A stretch of DNA of 64,000 nucleotides. Origin: Candidatus Eiseniibacteriota bacterium (GTDB taxonomy: Bacteria; Eisenbacteria; RBG-16-71-46; JABDJR01). Positions 30,051 to 39,642 of this stretch are shown here, piece by piece. Location of the stretch: contig CAWANH010000028.1 in assembly GCA_963783375.1 (NCBI GenBank), forward strand, positions 64,001 through 128,000, read 5' to 3'. A program made the translations under genes and the position numbers. The notes under the pieces were generated by a model. The model was not told where the DNA came from. It saw only the letters and a program-made list of their open reading frames with translations, and ran no database searches. Position 1 is the first letter of the stretch; every line of letters begins with the position of its first letter.

Positions 30051-30077
30051 TGAAACCCGGGCCACCTCTCCCCCGTA
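30051..30077 (+). promoter_or_regulatory. ECF-type promoter upstream of the RND operon
   Basis: TGAAAC-17 nt-CGTA. Confidence 0.55.
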
Positions 30078-30167
30078 GGTGAAGGCACGGGGGGGTCGAC
30101 TTCCACATCGGCCGGCGACGGCCGCCGTGCTCCCCAACGAAACCGCCCTCTCGAGAGGAAGAGAATC

Positions 30168-31364
30168 ATGAAGCTCAAGAGCCGTCGGTTCGCCATTCTG
30201 GCCCTCGCCGCCGTCGTTCTCCTCGGCGGCGCATTCGTCGTCGCCCAGCGCATGAACGGGAAGACCGATGTGGCCCTGGCCGCGACCGATTCCACCGCGG
30301 TCGCGGATGCGGGGAAGAAGGACAAGAAGGGCGACAAGAAGGACGAGGAGAAGCCGGTTCCGGTGGAGACGGTGCTGACCACGGCACGGGACCTTCCCTC
30401 CACCTTCAGCGCCACCGGATCCCTGGAGGCGCGGCGCCAGGTCGACATCGTCTCCAAGGCCCAGGGGCAGCTGGTGAAGCTGAACGTCGAGGAGGGCGAC
30501 CGGGTTGCCGCCGGGCAGGTCCTTCTCGAACTGGATCATCGCGAGGAGGAGATCCGCCTCAAGGAATCCGCGGTCCAGGCGGAGACGGCGCGCCGGGAGA
30601 TGGAGCGCCTGCAGGGGCTCCGCGACCGGGGACTGGGCTCCGATCGCGACTTCGAGCAGGCCCAGAAGAACGCCGAGGTGGCCCGCTTCGAGAGCGAGCT
30701 GGCCCAGGTGGACCTCGACAACAAGATCGTGAAGGCCCCGTTCTCCGGGCTCGTGAGCACCCGGTCGGTCCAGCTCGGGCAGACCGTGAACCCGGGGGAG
30801 AAGCTGGTCGGCCTGGCCGACGTCTCGCCCATGGAGATCAAGCTCTACCTCCCCGAGCAGGTGGTTCGGAAGCTCGGAACCGATCAGCCGGTGGAGATCC
30901 GTCCCGACGTGGCCCCCGACCAGGTTCTGACCGGGGACGTGGAGCGGATCGCCCCCACCGTCGACCCCTCCACCTCGACGGTGAAGGTGACGCTCAAGGT
31001 CCGGGAATCGGGGGGGACGGCCCGGGTCGGGAGCTTCGTGCGCGCCCGGATCACCACCGACGTCCACCGCGGCGCGGCATCGGTGCCCAAGAAGGCCCTG
31101 GTTCCCGAGGCGGGCGCGACCTATCTCTTCGTGGCCGAGGCCGACACCGTGCGCAAGGTCCCGGTGACCACCGGCTACGCCGACGATGAGTTCGTGGAGA
31201 TCACCGGCGGGGTGGACCTTGGAGACCGTGTGGTGACGGTGGGCCAGGGCGGGCTCCGCCAGGGAAGCAGGATCCGCGACCTCGCGAACGAACCCGAGCG
31301 GGCCAAGTCCGGGACCGGCAAGACCGAGCCCAAGGTGGACACCGCCCGGGCGGAGAACCGCTGA
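30168..31364 (+). CDS. RND efflux periplasmic adaptor (MFP) subunit
   Basis: VEEGDRV.AGQVL, VKAPFSG, VDPSTST, GDRVVTVG. Confidence 0.93.
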   Translation: MKLKSRRFAILALAAVVLLGGAFVVAQRMNGKTDVALAATDSTAVADAGKKDKKGDKKDEEKPVPVETVLTTARDLPSTFSATGSLEARRQVDIVSKAQGQLVKLNVEEGDRVAAGQVLLELDHREEEIRLKESAVQAETARREMERLQGLRDRGLGSDRDFEQAQKNAEVARFESELAQVDLDNKIVKAPFSGLVSTRSVQLGQTVNPGEKLVGLADVSPMEIKLYLPEQVVRKLGTDQPVEIRPDVAPDQVLTGDVERIAPTVDPSTSTVKVTLKVRESGGTARVGSFVRARITTDVHRGAASVPKKALVPEAGATYLFVAEADTVRKVPVTTGYADDEFVEITGGVDLGDRVVTVGQGGLRQGSRIRDLANEPERAKSGTGKTEPKVDTARAENR

Positions 31365-31366
31365 CC

Positions 31367-34300
31367 GTGCGCCCCCTCATCCAATACGCGGTCGAGCACC
31401 GGGTGACCATGCTGATGGTCACCGCGGCCGCGGTGCTCTTCGGGGTGGTGTCGTTGGGGCGGCTCCCGGTGCAGCTGCTCCCCGACATCAGCTATCCCAC
31501 CCTCACCGTGCAGACCGAGTTTCCGGACTCCGCCCCCAGCGAGGTGGAGAACCTCATCACCCGTCCCCTGGAAGAGGCGGCGGGCGTGGTGCCGGGGCTC
31601 CGGCGTCTGAGCTCCACCAGCGAAGCCGGGGTGAGCGAGATCCGGCTGGAGTTCGGGTGGGGCACCGACATGGACTTCGCCGCGCTCGACGTGCGGGAGA
31701 AGCTCGACCTGGTGAATCTCCCCGACGAGGCCAAGACCCCGGCATTGCTTCGCTACGACCCCGCCCTGGACCCGGTGGTGCGGCTGGGGATCTCCGGCGG
31801 GGAGAATCCCATTCAGCTCCGCTACCTGGCCGAGCAGGTGGTGAAGAAGGAGCTGGAGTCGATGGGGGGCGTGGCCGCGGCCAAGGTGGTGGGCGGGCTC
31901 ACCGAAGAGATCCACGTGGACGTGGACGAGCACCGGTTGGCCGCCCTGGGACTTCCCATCAGCTCGGTCACCCAGGTGGTGGGATCGGAGAACGTGAACG
32001 CGGCCGGAGGGCGCCTTCGCGACCGTGACGCCGAGTACCTGATCCGCACCCTCAACCAGTACACCGGGGTGGAGGACATCGGGCAGACGGTGGTGCAGCG
32101 GGACCGCGACCGCACGGTGAAGCTGTCCGACGTGGCCCAGGTGACCCGGGCCTACAAGGAACGCGAGATCGTGAGCCGCATCGACGGGAAGCCCGCGGTG
32201 GAGGTGGCGGTCTACAAGGAGGGGGACGCCAACATCGTGGATGTGGCCCGGCGGGTGCGGAACCGCGTCCCGGGTCTCCAGAAGATGCTCCCGGCGGGAA
32301 CGCGGGTGCAGGTCCTCTCCGACCAGTCCACCTTCATCCGGGCCGCGGTGAACCAGGTCCGGTCCAACGCGCTGGTAGGGGGGTTGCTGGCCATTCTGGT
32401 CCTCCTGGCCTTCCTCCGCGACGTGCGGAGCACCGCGATCATCGCCCTGGCCATCCCGGCTTCCATCGTCACGACCTTCGTGCTCATGTACCGCCAGGGG
32501 ATCACCCTCAACGTCATGAGCCTGGGCGGGCTGGCGCTGGGGGTGGGCATGCTGGTGGACAACTCCATCGTGGTGTTGGAGAGCATCGTTCGCCATCGCC
32601 GCCTGGGCGGGAAGGATCGCGCGACCGCGGTGATCGACGGCACCGAGGAGGTGGGGCAGGCCATCACCGCCTCCACCCTCACCTCGATCGCCGTCTTCCT
32701 CCCCATCCTCTTCGTGCAAGGGGTGGCCCGTCAGATCTTCAAGGACCAGGCCCTGACCGTGACCTACGCCCTTCTGGTGAGCCTGGTGGTGGCGTTGACC
32801 CTTACCCCCATGCTGGCCGCCCTCGGGCGGGAGGGACGGAGCGGCCGGCCGTGGTGGAAGCGATTCGGCGGGAGCTCCCCCGCGAGCGACGGCGGCGAAT
32901 CCACTCCGGCGGGCCACGCGGCTCCGGCCCGGCCGGAGGCCGCCCCGGGTCGCGCCATGATCGCGCTCCGCTCCGGCTATCGCCGGGTGATCGAGGGGGC
33001 CCTGGACCATCGGGGACTGGTGGTGGCCTCGGTGGCCGCGCTCTTCGTGCTCTCGGTCCTGGGCGCCCGGCGGCTGGGCAGCGACCTCATCCCCCCCCTC
33101 TCCCAGGGAGAGCTTCGATTCGACGTCGAGCTCCCCGAGGGGACGCCGATCGAGCACACCGACCAGGTGGTCGGGCGGCTGGAGGACGCCCTGCGGGACG
33201 TTCCCCAGGTGGAAACGGTGTACAGCAACGTAGGGGTGGACGCGGGCGACGACGGCTCGCTCCGGAGCAAGAAGGAGAACCACGCCGAGCTGAACGTCCG
33301 GTTGGAGAGCGGGGCGGGAAGAGCCGGCGAGGCCGTCGCCCTGGAGGCCATCCGGGCCGAGTTCGCCCGGTTCCCCCACCTCACCGGCACCCTGCGCGAC
33401 CAGACCGCTTTCAGCTTCAAGACCCCGGTGGAGGTGGAGATCTACGGCTACAACCTGGCCGATCTCGCCCAGGTCTCGGACCGGGTGGAGGAGGTGCTCC
33501 GGGGCATCCACGGCCTCCGGGACGTCACCACGTCGATGGAGCCCGGAAGCCCCGAGGTGGAGATCCGCTTCGACCGCGACAAGCTCAAGATGGCCGGCCT
33601 CGGGCTCCGGGAGGCCAGCGAGGCCCTCCGCACCAAGGTCCTGGGCAAGGTGGCGACCGATTTCAAGGAGCGAGACCGCCAGATCGACGTGCTGGTACGC
33701 AGCGCCGACGCCCGCGATCTTTCCTTCGACGAGCTCAACACCATGGTGGTGGGCGAGCGCAACGACCTTCCGGTCCGCCTCGCGTCGGTGGCCGCGGTGG
33801 CGGTGGAGCGCGGGCCGGCCCGCATCCAGCGCATCTCCCAGTCCCGGGCGGCCACGGTGAGCGCCAACCTCGAGGGCCGGGACCTGGGCGGGGTGAGCGG
33901 AGAGATCGAGAACGCGCTGGCCGCGATCCCCCTTCCCACCGACGTCACCCTCCAGCTCGCCGGACAGAACGAGGAGATGCAACAGAGCCTGCGGAGCCTG
34001 GTCTTCGCCGCCGCCCTGGCCATCTTCCTGGTCTACCTGGTCATGGCCAGCCAGTTCGAATCGCTCCTGAACCCGTTCCTCATCCTGTTCACCATGCCCA
34101 TGGCGCTGATCGGGGTGGTGGCCGGTCTCACCCTGACCCAAACCGCGGTGAGCGTGGTGGTGATGATCGGGGCGATCATGCTGGCGGGGATCGTGGTGAA
34201 CAACGGCATCGTGCTCATGGATCTCATCAGCCAGCTCCGCCGCCGGGGCCTCGGCGTGCGGGCGGCGATCCTGGAGGCGGGCGAGGTGCGCCTCCGCCCC

Positions 34301-34486
34301 ATCCTCATGACCACCACCACCACCGTGCTCGGACTTCTTCCCCTGGCCCTGGGGAAGGGCGACGGGGGCGAGATCATGGCTCCCCTGGCGGTCACGGTGA
34401 TCGGGGGGCTCCTCATGTCCACCCTCCTCACCCTGGTGGTGATCCCCGTCCTCTACAGTCTCGTTCACCGGGAAGCCCGGAGCTAG
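31367..34486 (+). CDS. RND efflux permease (AcrB/AcrD/AcrF family), copy 1
   Basis: 1039 aa, GMLVDNSIVVLE, GIVVNNGIVLMD, RLRPILMTT. Confidence 0.95.
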   Translation: MRPLIQYAVEHRVTMLMVTAAAVLFGVVSLGRLPVQLLPDISYPTLTVQTEFPDSAPSEVENLITRPLEEAAGVVPGLRRLSSTSEAGVSEIRLEFGWGTDMDFAALDVREKLDLVNLPDEAKTPALLRYDPALDPVVRLGISGGENPIQLRYLAEQVVKKELESMGGVAAAKVVGGLTEEIHVDVDEHRLAALGLPISSVTQVVGSENVNAAGGRLRDRDAEYLIRTLNQYTGVEDIGQTVVQRDRDRTVKLSDVAQVTRAYKEREIVSRIDGKPAVEVAVYKEGDANIVDVARRVRNRVPGLQKMLPAGTRVQVLSDQSTFIRAAVNQVRSNALVGGLLAILVLLAFLRDVRSTAIIALAIPASIVTTFVLMYRQGITLNVMSLGGLALGVGMLVDNSIVVLESIVRHRRLGGKDRATAVIDGTEEVGQAITASTLTSIAVFLPILFVQGVARQIFKDQALTVTYALLVSLVVALTLTPMLAALGREGRSGRPWWKRFGGSSPASDGGESTPAGHAAPARPEAAPGRAMIALRSGYRRVIEGALDHRGLVVASVAALFVLSVLGARRLGSDLIPPLSQGELRFDVELPEGTPIEHTDQVVGRLEDALRDVPQVETVYSNVGVDAGDDGSLRSKKENHAELNVRLESGAGRAGEAVALEAIRAEFARFPHLTGTLRDQTAFSFKTPVEVEIYGYNLADLAQVSDRVEEVLRGIHGLRDVTTSMEPGSPEVEIRFDRDKLKMAGLGLREASEALRTKVLGKVATDFKERDRQIDVLVRSADARDLSFDELNTMVVGERNDLPVRLASVAAVAVERGPARIQRISQSRAATVSANLEGRDLGGVSGEIENALAAIPLPTDVTLQLAGQNEEMQQSLRSLVFAAALAIFLVYLVMASQFESLLNPFLILFTMPMALIGVVAGLTLTQTAVSVVVMIGAIMLAGIVVNNGIVLMDLISQLRRRGLGVRAAILEAGEVRLRPILMTTTTTVLGLLPLALGKGDGGEIMAPLAVTVIGGLLMSTLLTLVVIPVLYSLVHREARS

Positions 34487-34489
34487 CTC

Positions 34490-37400
34490 ATGTGGCTCAC
34501 CCGCCTGGCCGTCCGCCGCCCGGTCACCGTGGTCATGGTGCTGGTGTCGGTGCTCGTCCTGGGGGCGATCAGCCTCCGACGGGTCCCCCTGAACTTCCTT
34601 CCCAACGCGGAGCTCCCGTTCATCGGGGTGCTGATCCCCTACCCCAACGGCGTTCCCGGCCAGGTGGAAAAGGAGATCGCCCGCCCGGTGGAGGAGGTCC
34701 TGGCCACCATGGGCGGGGTCAAGGAAGTCTTCAGCCAGAGCGACGGCGAGCAGTGCTTCGTGGGGGTGGAGTTCAGCTGGGGACGCGACGTGAATCTCCT
34801 CCGGCTGGAGGTGAAGGAGAAGCTGGATCAGATCCGGCCGGACCTTCCCGCCGACGTCCGCGACATCATGCTCTTCACCTTCAACACCAACGACATCCCC
34901 ATCGTGGAAGGACGGATCAGCGCCAAGGACCACGACCTCTCCGGGAGCTACGACCTGATCGAGCACCGGATCGTGAACCGCCTCCAGCGGGTACCGGGGG
35001 TGGGACGGGTGGGGCTGGACGGGGTGGAGCCGGCCGACGTCTCGGTGTATCTGAAGCTCGACCGGATCAAGAAGCACCGGATCGACGTGGGGAGGCTCTT
35101 CGATCAGCTCTCGGTCAGCAACTTCAACCTGAGCGTCGGACACGTGACCAAGGACGGTCTCCGGTACAACCTGCGTTCGGTCGGTTCGCTGGAGAGCCTG
35201 GAGGATCTGCGGAACCTCCCGGTGGACGACCGGGGGCTCAGGCTCCGGGACATCGCGGACGTGGTCTACGCCGAGCCCGCCCTCACCTACGGCCGCTTCC
35301 TCAACCGGGAGCCCGCGGTGGCCTTCTACATCCAGAAGGCGAGCGGGGCCAACACGGTGGAGGTGGTGAAGCGCATCAAGCAGGAGCTGGGCCGGATCAA
35401 CCAGGATCCGGCCCTGGAGGGGATCGACGTCCTTCTCTTCTTCGACCAGGGAGAGCAGATCACCAACAGCCTGAACGGGCTCCTCCTCTCCGGTCTCATC
35501 GGCGGGGTGCTTGCCGTCCTGGTGCTCTACTTCTTCCTGCTCCGGATCGGCACCACCCTCATCGTGTCCCTGGCCATCCCCATCTCCATCATCGGGACCG
35601 CCTGCTTCCTCTACCTCACCGGGCGGAGCCTGAACGTGCTCTCCATGATGGGGCTCATGCTCGGAGTGGGCATGCTCATCGACAACGCGGTGGTGGTGCT
35701 GGAATCCATCTACCGGCGGATGGGCATGGGCGAGGACCCGGTCTCGGCCACGCTGAACGGCACCCGCGACGTGGGGAAGCCGGTGGTCTCGGCCACCCTG
35801 ACCTCGATCATCGTGTTCGCCCCGGTGATCTTCGGGGCCAAGAACGAGCTCACCACCTGGCTGGCCGAGGTCGGGGTGACCATCACCGTCACCCTGCTCC
35901 TCTCCCTGCTGGTGAGCCTCACCCTGATCCCCCTCCTCACCACGCATATCCTGAAGGGGGGAGCCCGGTCGGTGGCCCGGAACCCCCTGGTCGACCGCTG
36001 GACCGCGGGCTACGAGAAGGTCCTCCGCTGGAGCGCGGTGCGCCACCCCTGGATCACCGGCGTCCCCATCGCCCTGGGGGTGCTGCTCCTCACCGCGGGG
36101 CTGGTCGCGGCCACCAAGTTCAAGCCCGATCCCATGGGTGAACGGGGGCTTCGACAGGAATACCTCCAGGTGACCTACGACTTCAGCGACAACCTGAACT
36201 ACCACCGCACCAAGGAGTACGTGGAAACCGTCCAGGACTCCCTGTGGAAGGTGAAGGACGACCTCGGCGTCAAGTACGTGTACTGCTTCTACCAGGACAA
36301 CGCGGCGATCACCCGGCTCTACTTCGAGGACACGGCGCTCTCCGAGAAGCGGCTGAAGGATCTCCGGAAGCGGGTGCGGGCCGCGCTTCCCACCCTGGCC
36401 GGGGTCACCTACCGGCTGGGGGACGACGAGGGCAAGGGCTCGGGAGCCAAGCAATTCAGCGTCACGGTCTACGGCGAGGACTCCGAGGAGCTGAACGTCA
36501 TGGCCTCGGAGGTGAAGCGCCGCCTGGCCATGGTCACCGACGTCCACGACGTCTCCACCGACGTCGAGCGCGGGGCGGAGGAGGTCCAGGTCCAGATCGA
36601 CCCGGTCCGGGCCCGCCGCCTGGGACTGTCCCCCGGAGACGTGGCCCAGGTGATGGCGGTCACTTTCCGCGGCGTCCAGCTCCCGCGGGTCCGCGCCGAG
36701 AACCGCGAGATCGATCTCTGGGTCTCGCTGGATCCCGCCGATCGCACCAGTATCGAGAATCTGAAGGGGCTCATGGTGGGCGAGGTCGGGGGCAGGGAGA
36801 TCACCCTCGACCAGGTGGCGTCGACGGCCATGGGGCGGGCCGCGGACCGCATCACCCGGCACAATCGGAAGACCTCGGTGGAGATCCGCGGAAGCTACGA
36901 CGGGGACGAGTTCGACGCGGTCCTGAAAGAGGTTCGCGCTACCATGGAAACCGTCCACTTCCCTCCCGGCTACGGCTGGAACTTCGGGAGCCGGATCGTG
37001 GAGGCCCGGGAACAACAGGGGCAGATGGGGATCAACGTGCTCCTGGCGCTCCTCTGCGTCTACATGGTGATGGCCAGCCTCTTCGAGTCCCTGGTCCACC
37101 CGGCCACGGTGATGTTCTGCATTCCGTTCGCCAGCCTGGGGGTGATCTGGTTCATGATCGCCACCAACACCCCGTTCAACCTCATGGCCATGATCGGCAT
37201 GGTGATCCTGGTGGGGGTGGTGGTGAACAACGGCATCGTGCTGGTGGCGCACATCAACCAGCTCCGGCGCGAGGGGTGCTCGCTGGACGAGGCCCTGGTG
37301 CGGGGCGGCCGGGAGCGGTTCCGGCCGATCATGATGACCGCCACCACCACCGTCCTCGGCCTCATTCCCCTGGCCCTGGGGGGAAGCCACGTGGGGGACC

Positions 37401-37615
37401 TCGATCTCTATCCCATGGCCCGGGCGCTGATCGGCGGTCTCACCAGCTCGACCCTTCTCACCCTGATCATGCTCCCGGTGTACTATCAGCTCACCGAGCG
37501 GATGCGGGCGCGCCTGGTCCGGCTCTTCCCAGGCCTCGCCCATCTCGCCTCGCGGGTCCGCGCGCGGGTGCGACGCCGCCCGGCCGGAGCGGTCCTGCCC
37601 GATGCGACGCAGTAG
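34490..37615 (+). CDS. RND efflux permease (AcrB/AcrD/AcrF family), copy 2
   Basis: 1041 aa, GMLIDNAVVVLE, RFRPIMMTA. Confidence 0.95.
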   Translation: MWLTRLAVRRPVTVVMVLVSVLVLGAISLRRVPLNFLPNAELPFIGVLIPYPNGVPGQVEKEIARPVEEVLATMGGVKEVFSQSDGEQCFVGVEFSWGRDVNLLRLEVKEKLDQIRPDLPADVRDIMLFTFNTNDIPIVEGRISAKDHDLSGSYDLIEHRIVNRLQRVPGVGRVGLDGVEPADVSVYLKLDRIKKHRIDVGRLFDQLSVSNFNLSVGHVTKDGLRYNLRSVGSLESLEDLRNLPVDDRGLRLRDIADVVYAEPALTYGRFLNREPAVAFYIQKASGANTVEVVKRIKQELGRINQDPALEGIDVLLFFDQGEQITNSLNGLLLSGLIGGVLAVLVLYFFLLRIGTTLIVSLAIPISIIGTACFLYLTGRSLNVLSMMGLMLGVGMLIDNAVVVLESIYRRMGMGEDPVSATLNGTRDVGKPVVSATLTSIIVFAPVIFGAKNELTTWLAEVGVTITVTLLLSLLVSLTLIPLLTTHILKGGARSVARNPLVDRWTAGYEKVLRWSAVRHPWITGVPIALGVLLLTAGLVAATKFKPDPMGERGLRQEYLQVTYDFSDNLNYHRTKEYVETVQDSLWKVKDDLGVKYVYCFYQDNAAITRLYFEDTALSEKRLKDLRKRVRAALPTLAGVTYRLGDDEGKGSGAKQFSVTVYGEDSEELNVMASEVKRRLAMVTDVHDVSTDVERGAEEVQVQIDPVRARRLGLSPGDVAQVMAVTFRGVQLPRVRAENREIDLWVSLDPADRTSIENLKGLMVGEVGGREITLDQVASTAMGRAADRITRHNRKTSVEIRGSYDGDEFDAVLKEVRATMETVHFPPGYGWNFGSRIVEAREQQGQMGINVLLALLCVYMVMASLFESLVHPATVMFCIPFASLGVIWFMIATNTPFNLMAMIGMVILVGVVVNNGIVLVAHINQLRREGCSLDEALVRGGRERFRPIMMTATTTVLGLIPLALGGSHVGDLDLYPMARALIGGLTSSTLLTLIMLPVYYQLTERMRARLVRLFPGLAHLASRVRARVRRRPAGAVLPDATQ

Positions 37616-37629
37616 CACGTCGCGCCACC

Positions 37630-37655
37630 GGAACCTTGAAGCCATTCGACCCGAC
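37630..37655 (+). promoter_or_regulatory. ECF-type promoter
   Basis: GGAACC-16 nt-CGAC upstream of the RBS and ATG 37672. Confidence 0.5.
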
Positions 37656-37671
37656 CCGGGGGAGTAGGAAC

Positions 37672-38901
37672 ATGAAACACCTCAACGCTCTCGCCCTTCC
37701 CGTCCTTCTCGGCGCGCTCGGCGTCTTCGGCGGCCTCGCGCTTGCCGCCCCCGCCGCCCATGCCGGCGGCGGCGCGCTCTACGGCACCGTGACCACCCAG
37801 GCCGGGGACACCCACACCGGGGAAATCCGCTGGGACAAGAACGAGAACTACTGGGATGACTACCTGGACGCACGGAAGAACGACGAGGTGGAAGTGGCGG
37901 AGGAAGGGGGGCTCGATCTCCGGATTTTCGGGCTCCAGGTGGTGAAGACCAGTCATCACGGCCGGGACCACGTCCGTAGCCAGTTCAGCATCCCCATGGG
38001 TCACATCCTTTCCATCGAGGCCGGCCATGGGGATCTGACCCGGATCACCCTCAAGAACGGGGAAACGGTGGAGGTTCGGAACACCGGGGACCTGGGCGGG
38101 AACATGCGGGGGATCACGGTGACCGGCGTCTCGGGGGAGACGACCGAGCTGGCCTGGAAGGACCTCGACCGGGTGGAGTTCGCTCCCAACCCCGGTCCCG
38201 CCGCCGACCAGGCGCGCCTGTGGGGAACGGTGGAAACCGCGGCGGGCACGTTCACCGGCGCCGTGGTCTGGGACCGGGACGAGGCCGAGGTCTCGGACAT
38301 CCTGGACGGCGACCAGGACGGGATGCGGCGGAAGGTTCCGTTCGGGGAGATCGCGAGCGTCGAGCCCATGGGAAAGAGCCGGGCCAAGGTGACGCTCCAT
38401 TCGGGGAAGGTGATGGTTCTTTCCGGGACCAACGACGTGAACTCGGAGAATCGCGGGATCGAGGTGACCCTGGAGGGGCTGGGCAAGGTGGAGGTCGGAT
38501 GGTCGGAGCTTCACCGGGTGAGCTTCACGCCGGCTCCCCCCTCCCGGGGGTACGAGGCCTTCGACGGGGGCGGCCCCATCCGCGGGACGGTGATCACCCG
38601 CGGCGGAGAGGAGCTTCAGGGCGAGGTGATCTGGGACCGCGACGAAGCGCGGACCTGGGAGTCGCTGGACGGGGAGATGCGCGGGGTGAAATTCCAGATC
38701 CTCTTCGGGAACATCGCGCGCATCGATCGCCAGTCCGAGGCCTCGGCCAAGGTGACCATGCGGGACGGGTTGAGCTTCGAGCTCTCGGGCTCCAACGACG
38801 TCAACGACAAGAACAAGGGGATCGAAGTGGTCGCCCCCGACGGGACGAGCACCGAAGTGCCCTGGGAGGACCTGGTCTCGGTGGACTTCACCGCGAGCTG
38901 A
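37672..38901 (+). CDS. secreted protein with three internal repeats of about 125 aa
   Basis: GGAG RBS, signal peptide, GTV.T..G...G...WD..E......LD repeated three times. Confidence 0.85.
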   Translation: MKHLNALALPVLLGALGVFGGLALAAPAAHAGGGALYGTVTTQAGDTHTGEIRWDKNENYWDDYLDARKNDEVEVAEEGGLDLRIFGLQVVKTSHHGRDHVRSQFSIPMGHILSIEAGHGDLTRITLKNGETVEVRNTGDLGGNMRGITVTGVSGETTELAWKDLDRVEFAPNPGPAADQARLWGTVETAAGTFTGAVVWDRDEAEVSDILDGDQDGMRRKVPFGEIASVEPMGKSRAKVTLHSGKVMVLSGTNDVNSENRGIEVTLEGLGKVEVGWSELHRVSFTPAPPSRGYEAFDGGGPIRGTVITRGGEELQGEVIWDRDEARTWESLDGEMRGVKFQILFGNIARIDRQSEASAKVTMRDGLSFELSGSNDVNDKNKGIEVVAPDGTSTEVPWEDLVSVDFTAS

Positions 38902-38956
38902 GGGCTTCGGTAGTCATGCTCCGACTCGGCCGGGGGGATCCTCGCCGCGACGGGTT

Positions 38957-39640
38957 TCAAACCGGTCGATGCGGCGGCGAGTCCCGCCCGTCCTCGCCGT
39001 TCACCACCAGCCGCCAGCGATCGAAGGGCAGAGCCTCGAGCCGTCCGGCGAGACCCGCGCGCACCACCAGCCCCCGGATCTCCTCCGGGGTGTAGGCGCG
39101 CTCCACGCTCACCGGACCGTCGTAGCGGGCCAGCCGGCTTCGGGTGAAGAGCCGGGTCACGAGGAAAACCATCCACCAGAGCCGTCGTCGCCGCGCCAGG
39201 TCCACCACCACCACCGTCCGGCCGACCCGGGCCATCTCGGTCAGGACCCCGAGGATCTCCTCTTCGCGGAGATGGTGGAGAAAGAGGTGGCAGCAGACGG
39301 TGTCGAAGGCGCGGTCGGGGAAGGGGAGCGCCGAGGCCTCGGCGCGGACGCGCACCACCGCCGGGGACAAGCGGCCGGCCGCTTCGAGCGCGCGGGCGCT
39401 TCGGTCCACCCCCACCGCCCAGCGGGCCCGGCCCCGTTCGAGCAGATAGGCCGGGATGTCCGCGCCGCCGGCGGCCACGTCGAGCACCCGCCCGGGACGG
39501 ACCGCCGCGGCCAGGAACCGGCGGCTGAGGCTCCAGCGGTTGATACGGGCCAGGAACCGGAACGCGCGCTCCACCTCCGGCCCCGGTTGCCCGGGGTCGT
39601 CCATGATTTCCGGGCGGTCCCGGCGCCGGCTCCAGTCCAC
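38957..39640 (-). CDS. SAM-dependent methyltransferase
   Basis: EIMDDP, VLDVAAGGAD, FLHH, DL.R, YDGPVSV.RAY. GTG start just after the oxidoreductase stop. Confidence 0.85.
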   Translation of the reverse strand: MDWSRRRDRPEIMDDPGQPGPEVERAFRFLARINRWSLSRRFLAAAVRPGRVLDVAAGGADIPAYLLERGRARWAVGVDRSARALEAAGRLSPAVVRVRAEASALPFPDRAFDTVCCHLFLHHLREEEILGVLTEMARVGRTVVVVDLARRRRLWWMVFLVTRLFTRSRLARYDGPVSVERAYTPEEIRGLVVRAGLAGRLEALPFDRWRLVVNGEDGRDSPPHRPV

Positions 39641-39642
39641 GG

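Noticed and set aside
31175-37645. 2156-aa minus-strand ORF and other long antisense or alternate-frame ORFs (e.g. 5276-8443, 47059-49986, most of 53031-55100)
   Set aside because: Shadow ORFs of real high-GC genes, with no recognisable motifs.
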